NCBI GenBank assembly: GCA_964016885.1
Contig: OZ024749.1
Coordinates: 46,128,001 to 46,192,000, forward strand
DNA length: 64,000 nt
DNA from: Eledone cirrhosa
Taxonomy: Eukaryota
Reading direction: 5' to 3'
The notes beneath the pieces are model-generated. The model saw only the letters and a list, made by a program, of their open reading frames with translations, searched no databases and was not told the DNA's origin. Numbering within the stretch: the first letter of the stretch is position 1; the number at the start of each line of letters is the position of its first letter. Positions 47,107-62,691 of this stretch are shown piece by piece. A program made the position numbers and the translations under genes.

Positions 47107-47295
47107 AATTGTTTCTACGTTAGGCACAAGGCCAGCAATTACCCAGTGTATTACTGGTACTTTATTTTATCGACCCCGTAAGGATGAAAGGCAAAGTTAA
47201 CCTCGGCGGGATTTGAACTCAGAATGGCAAGGGCCGTAACTCTATGCGCCAAAGGATGGCGTCCGACACTCTACCAATACTGCCAATCCACCGCC
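47107..47295 (-). mobile_element. Full-length SINE main family with target-site duplication
   Basis: Intact head GGCGGTGGATTGGCAG, B box, core and tail; flanked by GCCTTTTATAGATAAT at 47094-47109 and 47293-47308. Confidence 0.93.
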
Positions 47296-47324
47296 TTTTA
47301 TAGATAATGATATATATATATATA

Positions 47325-47505
47325 TAGGAAAAGAGCCAGACCCTCTGCCGTTTCGACGGCTAGAACAGTTCGGATGTAGCTGTCGAAACGGCCGGATCTC
47401 ACCCATCGGGGTCCGGACTCTTTTCCCATTACCCACTCTACTACCCCAAGTATCGAGCACTCTGGTGAGTTATAGTCCACCTGGTTTCTTACCTCAACTT
47501 CTTTG

Positions 47506-47508
<3 letters not shown>
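47325..47508 (+). mobile_element. Family B fold-back element
   Basis: Hairpin GCCGTTTCGACGGCTA-14 nt-TAGCTGTCGAAACGGC; the tail is homologous to 17678-17760. Confidence 0.85.
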
Positions 47509-47570
<62 letters not shown>

Positions 47571-47595
47571 TGTTAAAAGAAAATGCACAGAGAAA

Positions 47596-47686
<91 letters not shown>

Positions 47687-47689
47687 ATA

Positions 47690-47912
47690 TATTTATTAAA
47701 ATAACAGATTAAAGTTTAAGCAAAGAATCGCTGTTTCCACCCTTAACGGGATCTTCTGAAGACCCCGTTAAGGGTGAAAGCAGCGATTCTTTGCTTAAAC
47801 TTTAATCTGTTATTTTAATAAATATTTGCTCTACGGTTCTTATATATTTGATATATATTTATCCTTATCAAGCTCTCTTTGGATTTTAGCCTTCAAATTT
47901 ACTATTATTACT
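47690..47912 (+). mobile_element. Family A fold-back element, best reference copy; hammerhead-like fold at 47756-47800
   Basis: CTGAAGA CCCC GTTAA GGGT GAAA GCA GCGATTCTT TGC TT AAAC, with an inverted arm of about 65 bp and a full tail into TA. Confidence 0.88.
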
Positions 47913-47941
47913 CTATATATATAGGGAGTGAAACGCGTAGT

Positions 47942-48052
<111 letters not shown>

Positions 48053-48635
48053 ATATATATAAGGGTGCATATGTATGTCTACGCTCGTCTTATTTGAATC
48101 AAGAATGACGTAATTTTCTATTGAACTTGTTTGTTAAATCTGTCTCGCCTGATTAAATCTCACGAGGGAGAGAAAAAATAATGTAAATAAGTTTATAAAT
48201 AAATAAATAAAATGGGAACACTTTTCCTCGTGCCCCTTTTCTATAAAGGGGTGGTTTGTTTCCCCTTACAGGGGAACGATTGCAGCTTTATTTCTTTTCT
48301 ACATTTTTATTCATTTATTATTTTTTTTAATTGCCGGTTTACATAGGATTTGTATAGTGAGACGGAGACAGTGAGAAGACAGATCAAGAAAGCAATGTAA
48401 CTTATGCTGCACTCTAATGACGTATGTACTGGCACACTCACGCATACAAATACATACCCGTATATAGAAACACACACATCCATTCATGTACGTACATGCC
48501 TGGGCATACATAAAAAAATATGAAAACATATGTTTGTATACACATACACGAATATCGAATATATGTATATCTACAAATATTTGTGTCTACCTATGTTTAA
48601 GTGTATATATATATATATATATGTATATTTATATG

Positions 48636-48673
<38 letters not shown>

Positions 48674-48717
48674 CATATAAATATATTTAAGTGTATATAT
48701 ATATATATATATGTATA

Positions 48718-48769
<52 letters not shown>

Positions 48770-48786
48770 TATACATATATATATAC

Positions 48787-49437
<651 letters not shown>

Positions 49438-49493
49438 TTAAGTAAGTGCCATACTAAGAGTGAGAAATGAAATTTCGTTTTCATTTTTTTCAA

Positions 49494-49585
<92 letters not shown>

Positions 49586-49616
49586 TAGATATATATATAT
49601 ATATAATATATATATA

Positions 49617-49843
49617 TATTTATTAAAATAATAGATTAAAGTTTAAGCAAAGAATCGGTGCTTTCACCATTAACAGGATCTTGTTTCAGAAGATCCCGTT
49701 AAATGTGAAAGCACCGATTCTTTGCTTAAACTTTAATCTGTTATGTTAATAAATATTTGCTGTACGGTTCTTATATATATTGATGTATATTTATCTTTAT
49801 CAAGCTCTCTTTGGATTTTAGTCTTCTAATTTATTATTATTAC

Positions 49844-49845
<2 letters not shown>
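49617..49845 (+). mobile_element. Family A fold-back element
   Basis: GTTTCAGAAGATCCCGTTAAATGTGAAAGCACCGATTCTTTGCTTAAAC with an inverted left arm and a full tail. Confidence 0.87.
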
Positions 49846-49940
<95 letters not shown>

Positions 49941-50533
49941 TATATGTTTGTAAATATACATATATTGACTGATGAAAACATATGTTCTGTAAATAAATAT
50001 ATATATTTGTTATGAATTCATGTCTGTATAGAGGTGTACATGCACGTAGGTATGTTTGCACGTCTATTCCTGTGTATCAATCTGTTGTTGCAAGAGACTT
50101 ATTTTTAATTAAGAACTTCAAGCTAACATCATGATATCCCAGTTTTGATCGCAATGCATACCACTTGTGCCAGATACGTAAATATTATCAGCAAATCGAA
50201 GGATCAGCTTTGTATATGGGCACATTGAATCTACGTAAGAATTAATTGATAAATTGTTTGTCAGTAAAATTTTAGAAGATAAACTTTGCTTCTCATTGTT
50301 GGCATTCACAACAACTGCAGAATACCCAGGCTTATACACTTACAGGTTTCCGTATATACTCTCTTAATTAACACACCTATATCTGCGTAAGTACGTTTTA
50401 TACATTTCTCAATCGAAGTTCTATCTGCAATAAGGTAGATACTAATGGTATAGTATCAGGCAGTCTGAAAGCACTCGTAAACACGTGTCTGTGTTTATTT
50501 CTGCAGATTATTCATGGATTTAGCGGTATAGGG

Positions 50534-50629
<96 letters not shown>

Positions 50630-50731
50630 ATAATATATATGCAGTGGTGTCTATTTGAATTAATGGTGATATATCTGCTAAATCGTACAGGACAAGAGAG
50701 CACAAATAATCTCCAATGGTATTCGCCTATA

Positions 50732-50860
50732 TCTTCTTCTTCTTCTTCTTCTTCTTCTTCTTCTTCTTCTTCTTCTTCTTCTTCTTCTTCTTCTTCTTCT
50801 TCTTCTTCTTCTTCTTCTTCTTCTTCTTCTTCTTCTTCTTCTTCTTCTTCTTCTTCTTCT
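50732..50860. repeat. (TTC)n microsatellite
   Basis: Direct reading. Confidence 0.97.
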
Positions 50861-52960
50861 TTGCACCAGTAATCGTAGTAGTATTGGCAGTTGTGAAGGT
50901 AGTAGTAGCAGTAGTAGTAGTAGTAGAGTACTGTTATTATTAGTAGTGTTATAGTGAATATTTTCCATATGTCCTCCTACACGTTGTCTCCTTGTATTAT
51001 TTCTTTCTATTTTATACCCCACAGATTTATCAACACAACTAATTACCCCTCATCACGTTTTTGTTTCCCCTTGAGTAAACCATGATGTATACGCCTGCTT
51101 TTATCTCTCGCATAATCTCATCTATAAATAATTATCACAACTACCCCTATTTGGAGCCTGTAATACGGAGTCTTATACCCCTATAATTTTTACTTCGTCG
51201 TTTTAATCCTATTTTCATTTATTTATATACTCATTCATTAACGTCTCTTTTAAAATTTCCACGGATAAATATACTACGAGACGATTGCGCATTCCTTAAC
51301 ATACACACAGAATGTTTTAATACATATGTGTTATGTTTAAGCAAATTCTTTTAAAACCAAAGTAATATTCCTTCGCTATTCATCCATCTTAAATTAAAAA
51401 AAGCCTCGATGTAATCGTTTGTGATGTTAGAAATAGCAGTCGCATCGCTCTCTAAATCACCCTACTCTGTTAAAAATGATAATGTATTATATTTTAGAAT
51501 ATTCAACATAAAAACGACATATCAAAAAGACAAAGATACTTAAGCATTATAACCAAGAAGAATATTTTTACTCTTTTGTGGGGTAGGAATATGATGGATT
51601 GTATTACCCTAGGACGTCAAATTGATGGAATCGATGCATCAACGGCTAATGATATTTTTTTAATACGTTGTTATTAATTATTAGCATAAGAATTATGATA
51701 ATCAATCTTGAATTCAATTAAAATTCTAGGTGAAGATTATAGAAGTAAATCATTTAGAGCTTGACGTTATCGTGTTTCGACGGCTTTCTCCAATTAACCG
51801 TACAGTAAATTCAACTTCTAGGTCTTCCAGCTAGTATGGAGTACATATTGTTTAGTCGTTTATTCAGATGGTAAACATTACTGCAATATTGTTTGAGCTG
51901 CACTTTCGAGATTCATGCGGTTTTAGAAATTAGGAAGAAGCTATGGATTATACTCAGACATTGGTGCATCAAGGTAATGACGTAGATTCCGCTAAATATC
52001 ACTCCGTGCGAGAGATGTTATATTAAATGAGAAATGAACTCTCTCATACAAATTACACATGTACTGACTAACACATTTCACTCAAAATGCTTCAGATAAC
52101 ATGAGAGTTATTTGGGGAAAATGCTGCTTGGTGGGATTGTGTGTGATTTGCAAGATTTATACAAACGATTATGCTGGTAGTTGCTGAGAGGAATCGAATA
52201 AATTACTCATAGAATCGAACCCAACGTCAACGAAGTAAGCTACTTACTGCAAATATGCAAGGATATATCAGTTCTGTAATGCCTATAATTTTGTAATGTT
52301 ACAGAAAAGACATGAAGACATGTAATGGGAAAAATGTAAAAATAAATTCATGTTTAACGAAACAATAACTTTTCATTTTCTTTTAAAGTAAGACGTTATT
52401 TTTGAAAGGAAACGGGAGTGAAGGTATTTAAAGATTGGAAATTCAAGGGAAACTAAAACAACTAAAAAATACCATCAACAAAAACAAAAGCAACACATAA
52501 TGTTCATTGTAGGACTATATTACACAAACGAAAAGGTCAACTTGGGTATACTTATAGCGCCATTTGAAAACACACATACACACATATGGATACCATACTT
52601 TTATTTTAATATTGAGTTATTTTATAATTTTTCTTGTTATTATCATTGTTAGTGGTGTTGGTAGTATTGGAAATAATATCAAAATTATTATTATTATTGA
52701 ATTAAAAGAATTTTCGATTGAGAAAATTTAAAAAGGAAAGGCGTGGTTTCAAGCGCGCAGGTTCATAATAACGCCGTTATTTCCAGATATTCCGAGTTGG
52801 ATAAGTATTGCAGCAAAGTTTATGTGTGTGTCTTTGTATTCAGTTTCTTTGTTACGAAGTAAATCTATACACCACACAAACACATACACATTCACACCCT
52901 TACATACAGACACACACACACACAAACACGTATACACACACACACATACACACATACACG

Positions 52961-53039
<79 letters not shown>

Positions 53040-53190
53040 ATATATATAAAGGGAAAGTGTATACATGGAATACATATATACACCTATATTCTCATGTACA
53101 CATATACTCAAGTTGAAATACTTGGCAAAGAAAATTAATCTATGCAAACATACATATATATCTATCTATCTATCGATTTATCTATCTTTG

Positions 53191-53241
<51 letters not shown>

Positions 53242-53272
53242 GGGGAGCTATATAATTATATTATATATATAT

Positions 53273-53357
<85 letters not shown>

Positions 53358-53538
53358 ATATAATTATATATATCTATATATATAAACATGCACGCATATA
53401 TATTTATATATCTGTCAATAGTTATAGGTATAATAGTTTTAAATAACATTTAGTTAAGTCCACGTTTTCTTTAATCAAATTTTCACGTATATGAATTTAC
53501 ATGTACTCCCATCTACACTTACAGACATATGTATATAG

Positions 53539-53624
<86 letters not shown>

Positions 53625-53643
53625 ATATATAAATATATATATT

Positions 53644-53668
53644 TATCACCTCCTCAAAACACACCTAA

Positions 53669-53707
<39 letters not shown>

Positions 53708-53731
53708 TAGGTGTGTTTTGAGGAGGTGATA
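53644..53731. repeat. Perfect 27-bp inverted repeat around (TA)n
   Basis: TATCACCTCCTCAAAACACACCTAATA / TATTAGGTGTGTTTTGAGGAGGTGATA. Confidence 0.9.
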
Positions 53732-53982
53732 CATTCTTCTCTGAATATATACTGAGTATGCATAATACTATATATAATGTAAGTGAATCTCATATATTGC
53801 TGCCAATATAAGTACAAACATAGAATGAAGCTGTTTTAACAAAGGACCATCAAGATGATTACACACATTACATTATGTCACCACATATAATAATAAATAT
53901 TGCAGAGTTGGTTATGTTTATAATAATATATGTATATATTATTAGCAGTAATGTTCGTCTTGTCAAGGAGAATAGTGTGTGC

Positions 53983-54035
<53 letters not shown>

Positions 54036-54192
54036 AATCGAATAATGTTGAAATATATGCAAATATGGTAAAATTATATCATCACTTTATAATTCGTACT
54101 TAGCTAGAGCTAAATAAACATTTTGCAAAGAAATTGACAAACAATCACACGCACACACGCGCAGATACACACACACTCACACACACCCATAG

Positions 54193-54325
<133 letters not shown>

Positions 54326-55087
54326 CGTGTGTATATATATATATATATATATAAACGAATCTGGTCGCTTACGATTTGAACACTTATATGTATATATCTG
54401 TGTTTATCTCTCTTTTATATTCAATTATATATATATGTATATATAAACAAATATACGTTTGGATATCTGCAAAATTGTATATGCATATTTGCATATGCAT
54501 CTTTCCATATTTGTCAGTATGGCTTTTTTTATGTATACATAATGTTGTATGTACACGCGTGTGTTGCGTAATTGTGTGCAGTGTCAAGCGAGTAAATATA
54601 ACGCTGTTACACATTCAAGAGGTCCCTTATTTCAGGATCATTAGTGGGTATATTATGAATAAGCTAATGATTTCTCCCCACCCCGAAAAATTCAACGCAA
54701 TCCGAATAGGGAGGACGGCGCGCTCAACTATCTGACGCCGGCGGAAACGTAATATAATGCCAATATCTTCACTGTTGTACACAAATGAAGTCGCAATGAA
54801 TAAAGGTTTCCAGACTTGCCGTTTTCTTTTATATTTTTTACAATTTTTTAAAAAGTTAACTTTAAAAGAAATGAGAAATTTGAACAGAAAAGAAACAGTA
54901 TATTTACAATAGAAAAAAACAACCTGCAAATAAAAAAAAATAATATCAAATAAAAGAATAATAATTATACACGTAATAATTTCCATGGCAATAATAACAA
55001 TAATACTGTTACTGATAATAATCATATTAACTATAATAAAAATACTAATAATAAACTTTTATTTATTTGCTACAAAGTCACTTATAT

Positions 55088-55454
55088 AATTGTTTCTAAT
55101 ATAGATAATTTCTAGGGATAGGAAGTTCGACTATATCGACCATAGTAATTTAAGATTGTTTCATTTTGGTGACCTTGGAAGGAAGAAAAATGTTGATAAA
55201 TGACCTAGACGGCATTTGAAATCAGAACGTAAACGAGATAACTAAATGCCACAAAGCATTTTGTCCGAAGCTCTAACGGTTTATAGGCGGAGAATTAGCA
55301 GAATAGTTAGAACGTTGGATAGAATTCTCTATGGTATTCGTTCCGGCTCTCTGCACTCCGAGTTCCGGCTCACTACACTCTGAGATCCCACCGAGGTCAA
55401 CTTTGCCTTTCATCCTTTCGAGGTCGATAAAAAAGTGCCAGTCTAGTACTGGGT
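55088..55454. mobile_element. Two older SINE copies head-to-head (55088-55282 on -, 55286-55454 on +)
   Basis: The right copy has GGCGGAGAATTAGCAGAATAGTTAG...GAGGTCAACTTTGCCTTTCATCCTTTCGAGGTCGATAAAA; the left is a degenerate reverse copy. Confidence 0.7.
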
Positions 55455-55744
55455 AGTTTCTTCTTATATATATCTCTCATTTCCTCTCTCGCTTGCTTTC
55501 TATATTTCTCTTGAAGAAATCTGCTGTACTTATGCCTGGGGAGGGATGGGCTCCGCCAGCCTCAAAATGCCCAAGGAACGCCGTACGGTGTCCATCCAAC
55601 TGACTGTATCAGGAGTTACGTGACAAGACATACATACATACAAACGGCTTAAAGATAGGTATGTAATTTCTGTAGATATACAGCGTACCGAATATGTAGA
55701 AATCTTAATCGCAGAAAATACTAACTACAGATGATTGGTATAAA

Positions 55745-56033
55745 TAATTGTTTATATTTTAGGCACAAGGCCAGTAAATACCCAGTACATTACTGGTACT
55801 TTATGTTATCGACCCCGTAAGGATGAAAGGCAAAGTTAACCTTTGCGAGATTTGAACTCAGAATGGCAAGGGCCGTAACTCTATACCCAAAGCATGGCGT
55901 CCGACCCTCTACCGATACTGCCAATCGACTATATAGTATATATATTATTATATTTGAACTCAGATCGTAAAGGGACGTAATTCTATGCTTCAAAGCATGG
56001 TGTCCGACTCTCTACCGATACTGCCAATCCACC
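55745..56033 (-). mobile_element. SINE main family (55745-55927) followed by a second SINE head (55952-56033)
   Basis: Core and tail in reverse; TTTGAACTCAGA...CTACCGATACTGCCAATC occurs twice. Confidence 0.88.
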
Positions 56034-56279
56034 AATATCATTGGTATAAATAATAATTTAGAAAATTTGTTAAAATACACCTATAAATACAAAAATAGCT
56101 GACCTGTAGCTATTACGACGAATCAAAATCGGTACTTCACTAACATAGTCGGTACGATGTAGCTGCTACATTATCAATTTATAGGGGTATTTTACCAAAT
56201 TTTACAAGCTATTTTTTATAACAAATGACTGTTTTTACACCTATTTTCTGTATTTGGAATGTCTACATTTTCTAAGAAG

Positions 56280-56315
<36 letters not shown>

Positions 56316-56356
56316 AGCAGTCAAGCATTTATACATACGTAAATTTACAAATACAA

Positions 56357-56461
56357 TAATTGTTTCTACTTTAGGCACAAGGCCAGCAATTACCCAGTGC
56401 ATTACTGGTACTTTATTTTATCGACCCCGTAAGGATGAAAGGCAAAGTCAACCTCGGCGGG
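56357..56461 (-). mobile_element. SINE main family, 5'-truncated
   Basis: Tail and core in reverse, ending at CCTCGGCGGG. Confidence 0.87.
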
Positions 56462-56914
56462 ATAATACAATAAATCAATGAGTACAGGATAGACAGTGTG
56501 TGAAAATGATAATACTTGACATGTAAGAAAAATAATAGACGAAGCAATGTAGAAATATCGAGACAGGCAGTAGGAGATATTTTCAAACAAAAAGCAAGGA
56601 TGTTTTCTTGGAACTAAATTTAAGGTGGAGATTTGCATCGCTGCAATGGCTGTTTTTATTTTGGTGTTGGTGTTTTTTTTATGTTGCATAAGTTGCATCA
56701 TGGTGACAACATACTGTTTTCCTATTTCAGTATTCGCTTTTAATTTTTTTTTTTAATGGCAGAATGCTAAATTATAGTTTTTAAAAGTTGAGATAGAGGC
56801 AATGTTTAAATAGAAATATAGATAGTGTGAGTGAGATCTAGAACATTTCATTTTACAGAGAGAAAGTGAAAAACGAGAGAGGAAAATGGAGCTTCACACT
56901 CATATATGTATGAG

Positions 56915-57012
<98 letters not shown>

Positions 57013-57064
57013 AATTTATATATATATATATATATATGAATTTACATAAGTATATATGTGTAAA

Positions 57065-57103
<39 letters not shown>

Positions 57104-57143
57104 ATACATATACATATATATATACATATATACATATATTATA

Positions 57144-57175
<32 letters not shown>

Positions 57176-57176
57176 C

Positions 57177-57403
<227 letters not shown>

Positions 57404-57754
57404 TGTGCAACTATGGGAGGAGGTTGCGGCAGCAGCTAAAATTGTGTGGTGAAACACGAGTAGCTAATTCAACTTTAATGACTTTCTTCTTGAATAGAGG
57501 TTTCTTTTGTTGCTGTACAAACTCAATGTTGTATCCGTTTCCACAGACACACATGACGCTCCAAAATCCGACCACTTTGCACGAAATTCTAAACTCAGAA
57601 ATATGAGAACGCGAAACCTATTCATTTCTTTTCCACAATACAATATTCCGTCGTCGTCGTCGTCGTCGTCGTCATACTCGTTGCTATATACTTCTTCTTA
57701 GACTTCGTCTTTGGAAGCTTCCACCTCCCCTTCCACCTCCACCTCCTCCTCCGC

Positions 57755-57969
57755 ATCATCATCATCATACTCATTCTCATCATCGTCATCTTCATCAACA
57801 TCATCATCATCATCATGATCATGATCATCATCATCTTCTTCTTCTTCTTCTTCTTCTTCTTCTTCTTCTTCTTCTTCTTCTTCTTCTTCTTCTTCTTCTT
57901 CTTCTTCTTCTTCTTCTTCTTCTACTACTACTACTACTACTACTAGTACTACTACTACTACTACTACTT

Positions 57970-58025
<56 letters not shown>

Positions 58026-58028
58026 TCA
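57755..58028. repeat. Compound (CAT)n(CTT)n(CTA)n microsatellite
   Basis: Direct reading. Confidence 0.95.
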
Positions 58029-58101
58029 TTTTGAAACACAGGTTACATTTATTATATATCTATATCTATACATACATCTCACTCACCCCCATCTCTCTCT
58101 C

Positions 58102-58168
<67 letters not shown>

Positions 58169-58176
58169 CTTTATAA

Positions 58177-58219
<43 letters not shown>

Positions 58220-60338
58220 CATGTTTACCTTTGCCTCTGTCTATGGGTGGTGTGTTTTTGATGTATGACAGTGCGACACTGGTCATGTGACTATCTGTCT
58301 ATATGCGTCATGTTAGTATCTGTCTTTATTTCTGACAGTGGAGATGTTTTGTTGTTGATATCTGCGTTATTTTGGCTGTTGATATAGCTCACCACTCCAG
58401 TTATTGTTGCTATTGTACTTCTGACAATTATCACTCTTCATAGTGCAAACCTCGTCTGATTTTTCTTGTAATGTCCTTGTTAGTTTTAAGTTATTGATGT
58501 GTTATATAAGTATTAATATGTTTTAGCTGATGGTGTTTTTATTTTTTAGTAATTTTGATGCTGCTATTAAAGCCTTCTGTTTTAAATACACATACACAAT
58601 CCCCCACACACAGATACACACACACGCAGCCATACACAAAGACGTGCATACACAAACTCTCATATATATTTATATATATATATAACACTTTACAACCGGG
58701 GGGGGGGGGAAACAGGACGACGATACATTGGTTCGTGAAGACATTCACTGGTGATGGACGAAAAATATGCGGTAATAATTACGTCATTATGTGGAGCGAG
58801 ATTAACAATTTCTTGCAAAGAAAAAAACATTTATGCTATGAAAAAAATTCATTAGACTTACATATATATAGAAGTAATCAGAAAATTAGCATGCATCAAG
58901 TGAACCTTGCTCAATAAGGTTCACTTTCAATAGCATTCCAACCGATGAGCCCCCAAACTGTTTCTTTATGATGAACACAGAACCGCATTATCTTTAGAAT
59001 CTTTTTGAAAACAATGTGTCTTGATCATTTCTACTATTTTTAGTAAATCCATTGATCACCTAAAAACATTTTTTGGCTCACCAATATTGTTCTTTCTGTT
59101 AGGATATAAATATTTTGATAGTCAAAATAATCATTATTATTGATATATTAAAGTATTGTTGGTTTATAAATTCATTACATTTGCCATTCTTGAAACTTCA
59201 GGCATATATTTTTATCTTTTGCTAACACTATTACTAATTTTTTTGATATTTTATTCCAGTGTTACAAGCTTCTCAATACTTCATATATTCTGTATATACG
59301 AAGAACGAATTTAAAGTTCTTTTATTCATCTGAAGATATTCCTTCTGTGACTGTTGGCTCTTTTTCGATCCGTCTATAAGCGGTCTTTACCCGATTTTAT
59401 AAGCTGTGTATATCAACCAACTATATTTACTGTTATTTTTCTGAGTTTGTGTTTCCTACAACTTCTGTCAACCTCCAATATATATAAAGAGAGAGTGGGA
59501 GAGATTCCCTTCTGAAAATATATGTATTTTTTTAGTACTTTATTTGGTTTAATTTGTCAGACTGTGCCCATATATGTGCGGTGCCTTGAAAGGATATTGT
59601 CGATCATGGATAGAGTGAGAAGAGAGGATATTTGGGAGAAAGTAGAAAAATGAAGACAGACAAGAGAGAATAAAGTAAAACAAAGAAAAACAAGTGTGGG
59701 TGATTGATCAATTGAACGATAGAGTCATCAGTAGGTAGGTAGATAGATATATAGATAGATAGATCGGTTTCCTCAACTGTTGAAATATTGTCATTACTAC
59801 AATGTATTTACGCAAATACTGTCGTTTTCTCTTACAAAATTATATATAAGCTAATAGTGTAAACAAAAAGTTATTAGCTGTATATACAATTGATTAAGGA
59901 TGAAAACAACGTACTTCAAAGAGAGACAAAGGGATAGAAACAAATATTGTCCTCAGACACGGACGTAGTACAACGAATCTAATGGTAATGTTCATAGACT
60001 AATCTGTCTTGCAGAACTTGCCGGAATATAAAATACAAATGATAAAAGACGATTAAATAATATATATTTATCATAAGGTGTAACAAATTGGCGACGCTTT
60101 TTTATTTTCATTAAAACCATTGTCGCATAGCTGAATACTTGGACTTTAGAATTGGTTGTGTCGCATTTCCTGGCAATAACATATGCTAATACTGCTTACA
60201 TTCTTCTTTCCCAGTCTTCCATCTGTAAACCGAAGGAATAGGATACGCAAAAGAAGAAAATATATGTAGGTGCGAAAGAGTTAACCATCAGTTTCGAATA
60301 TATTATATATATAAATAAATATATATAAACATATATAA

Positions 60339-60431
<93 letters not shown>

Positions 60432-60441
60432 CATATATATG

Positions 60442-60472
<31 letters not shown>

Positions 60473-60475
60473 GTA

Positions 60476-60524
<49 letters not shown>

Positions 60525-60525
60525 A

Positions 60526-60620
<95 letters not shown>

Positions 60621-60652
60621 ATATATATATATACATATATAATATATATATA

Positions 60653-60855
60653 ATATTAGTACAGATTAAGTTTTAAACAAAGACTTTCTACTTTCACACT
60701 ATACCGTATAGGGTGAAAGCAGAAAATATTTGCTTAAACTTTAATCTATTCTGTACTAATAATAAATATTTGGTTCTCCGGTTTTATATATACTTTTATA
60801 TATCTGTACAATTCTTATCAAACCCTGTTCGGAGTTTATTGTAACTGTTATTACA
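60653..60855 (+). mobile_element. Family A fold-back element, diverged
   Basis: Hairpin CTTTCACACTATAC-C-GTATAGGGTGAAAG, then TTTGCTTAAACTTTAATCT and a diverged tail. Confidence 0.75.
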
Positions 60856-60876
60856 CACACACTCTCTCTCTCACTC

Positions 60877-61016
<140 letters not shown>

Positions 61017-61774
61017 CATATTTTATATATATATTTTATATATGTCTCTCTACTGACTGCTAAATCCTACGGTCGATCATCTTCATCTTTATCACTCTCT
61101 TCATATCATCTCCGCCTCATTATCCCACTTCTCATCAGTATTATCACCAGCATCAAATTCCCTAATACCACTACCACCACTACCACCATCCCTGCTATCA
61201 TCTCCATCACTACCACCACCACTGTTATCATCACCATCAACACCAGTATCTTCATTTTATCAGATCATCCATCCGACCGTAATCTGAATCGACATCTTAC
61301 ATATTCAGCACTCCTTGTACGAACAATAAGCGTTGAATTACTCCTTTTGTGCGAGAACCAATGTAAACTAAAGAGAAGGTTCATTTAACTCTCATTTAGG
61401 GGATCACAACACATCCAACCCCTATTGTGAAATCCCTACTAGTAAACCCGTCTCAGATTTCAACAGCGTGTATTTGTTGTTATATATATTTTTCTGTATG
61501 TTCACTATTTGTATGTTTATACGCCAATGTTTTTTTTTCGGTTTATTTTTTCTAGTTGTTAATATGTGTGCTTTCCTTGTGTTTTACTTGTTTACGGGAT
61601 GGTTTTTTGTTGTTGTTGTTGTTATTGTTGTTCTTGCCTCTTCTTTCCACATGCCTGTGTGTTTATTTTGTAACAATGTTATCTGTTTTCCTTATTTCTT
61701 GCTGCTTATATATCCGATATACATGCACACACATATGTATGTGAATGTTATGCTTCGGAATATATATATATATA

Positions 61775-61966
61775 TAACGAAGGAAATGTGGTAAGGAACC
61801 AGATGGACCATAACGCACCAAAGTACTCAATACTTAGGGTAGTAGAGTGGGTAATAGGAACAAGTATGACCCCGACGACAGAGCTCAAGCCGTTTCGACG
61901 TTTAATTCTGGACTGAATTAGCCGTCGAGACGGCTTGAGCTCTGCCGTCGAGGTCATACTTGTTCC

Positions 61967-61969
<3 letters not shown>
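61775..61969 (-). mobile_element. Family B fold-back element (palindrome 61854-61969, long arm on the left)
   Basis: Centre at 61911/61912; highly similar to the reverse complement of 17570-17760; TA flanks. Confidence 0.9.
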
Positions 61970-62005
<36 letters not shown>

Positions 62006-62214
62006 GGGGGGGGGGCAAAGAGATAGACCTAGAGAATGTTAAAATCGATTCGCGGCGCCGAGGGACAGTGACAAAAACTCAAAATGCCTGTCACCACGGT
62101 CGAGATTTTTACCTATCTCTATAATCACTTTACATCACCCCATAATTAATACTCCAATAATTAGTGGACTCTCCTGTCTCAGTACCGCAGACCCTCTCTC
62201 TCTATATATATATG

Positions 62215-62247
<33 letters not shown>

Positions 62248-62518
62248 GAAATACAGGCATTTGAACAAAAATGATTACAATATTATTCGTTCATGGCAAA
62301 TAAGAGAAGAGGAAATTGAGAGAAGGAAATTTGATATGAGAATCACTCAAATGCCGGTGAGTGAGATAACCTCTACATTATTGAGTCACTGACCAGCAAT
62401 TGTCTATTATTTTAGATTTTAAGGATCTAGCTACAACTACAAATAATTAGTTGAAGTAAGAATAATCGAGAAAATATGAAACATGAAATGCGTGCCTCAC
62501 AACGCAAATGACCATAAA

Positions 62519-62691
62519 TAATTATTTCTACTTTTGGCACAAGGCCAGCAATTACCCAATACATTACTGGTACTTTATTTCATCGACCCTGTAAGGATGA
62601 AAGGCAAAGTTAACATAGAAGAGATTTGAACTCAGACCGTAAAGGGACGTAATTATGCTGGAAGCATGGCGTCCGACCCTCTACGGATACT
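62519..62691 (-). mobile_element. SINE main family
   Basis: Tail, core, B box and partial head in reverse. Confidence 0.87.

Noticed and set aside
57698-58039. Acidic poly-E/D/V ORF
   Set aside because: It is a compound (CTT)(CAT)(CTA) microsatellite with no splice or domain support.
62035-62195. GC-richer segment after (GA)n, possibly a DNA-element fragment
   Set aside because: No second copy or diagnostic terminus in the window, so it cannot be classified.
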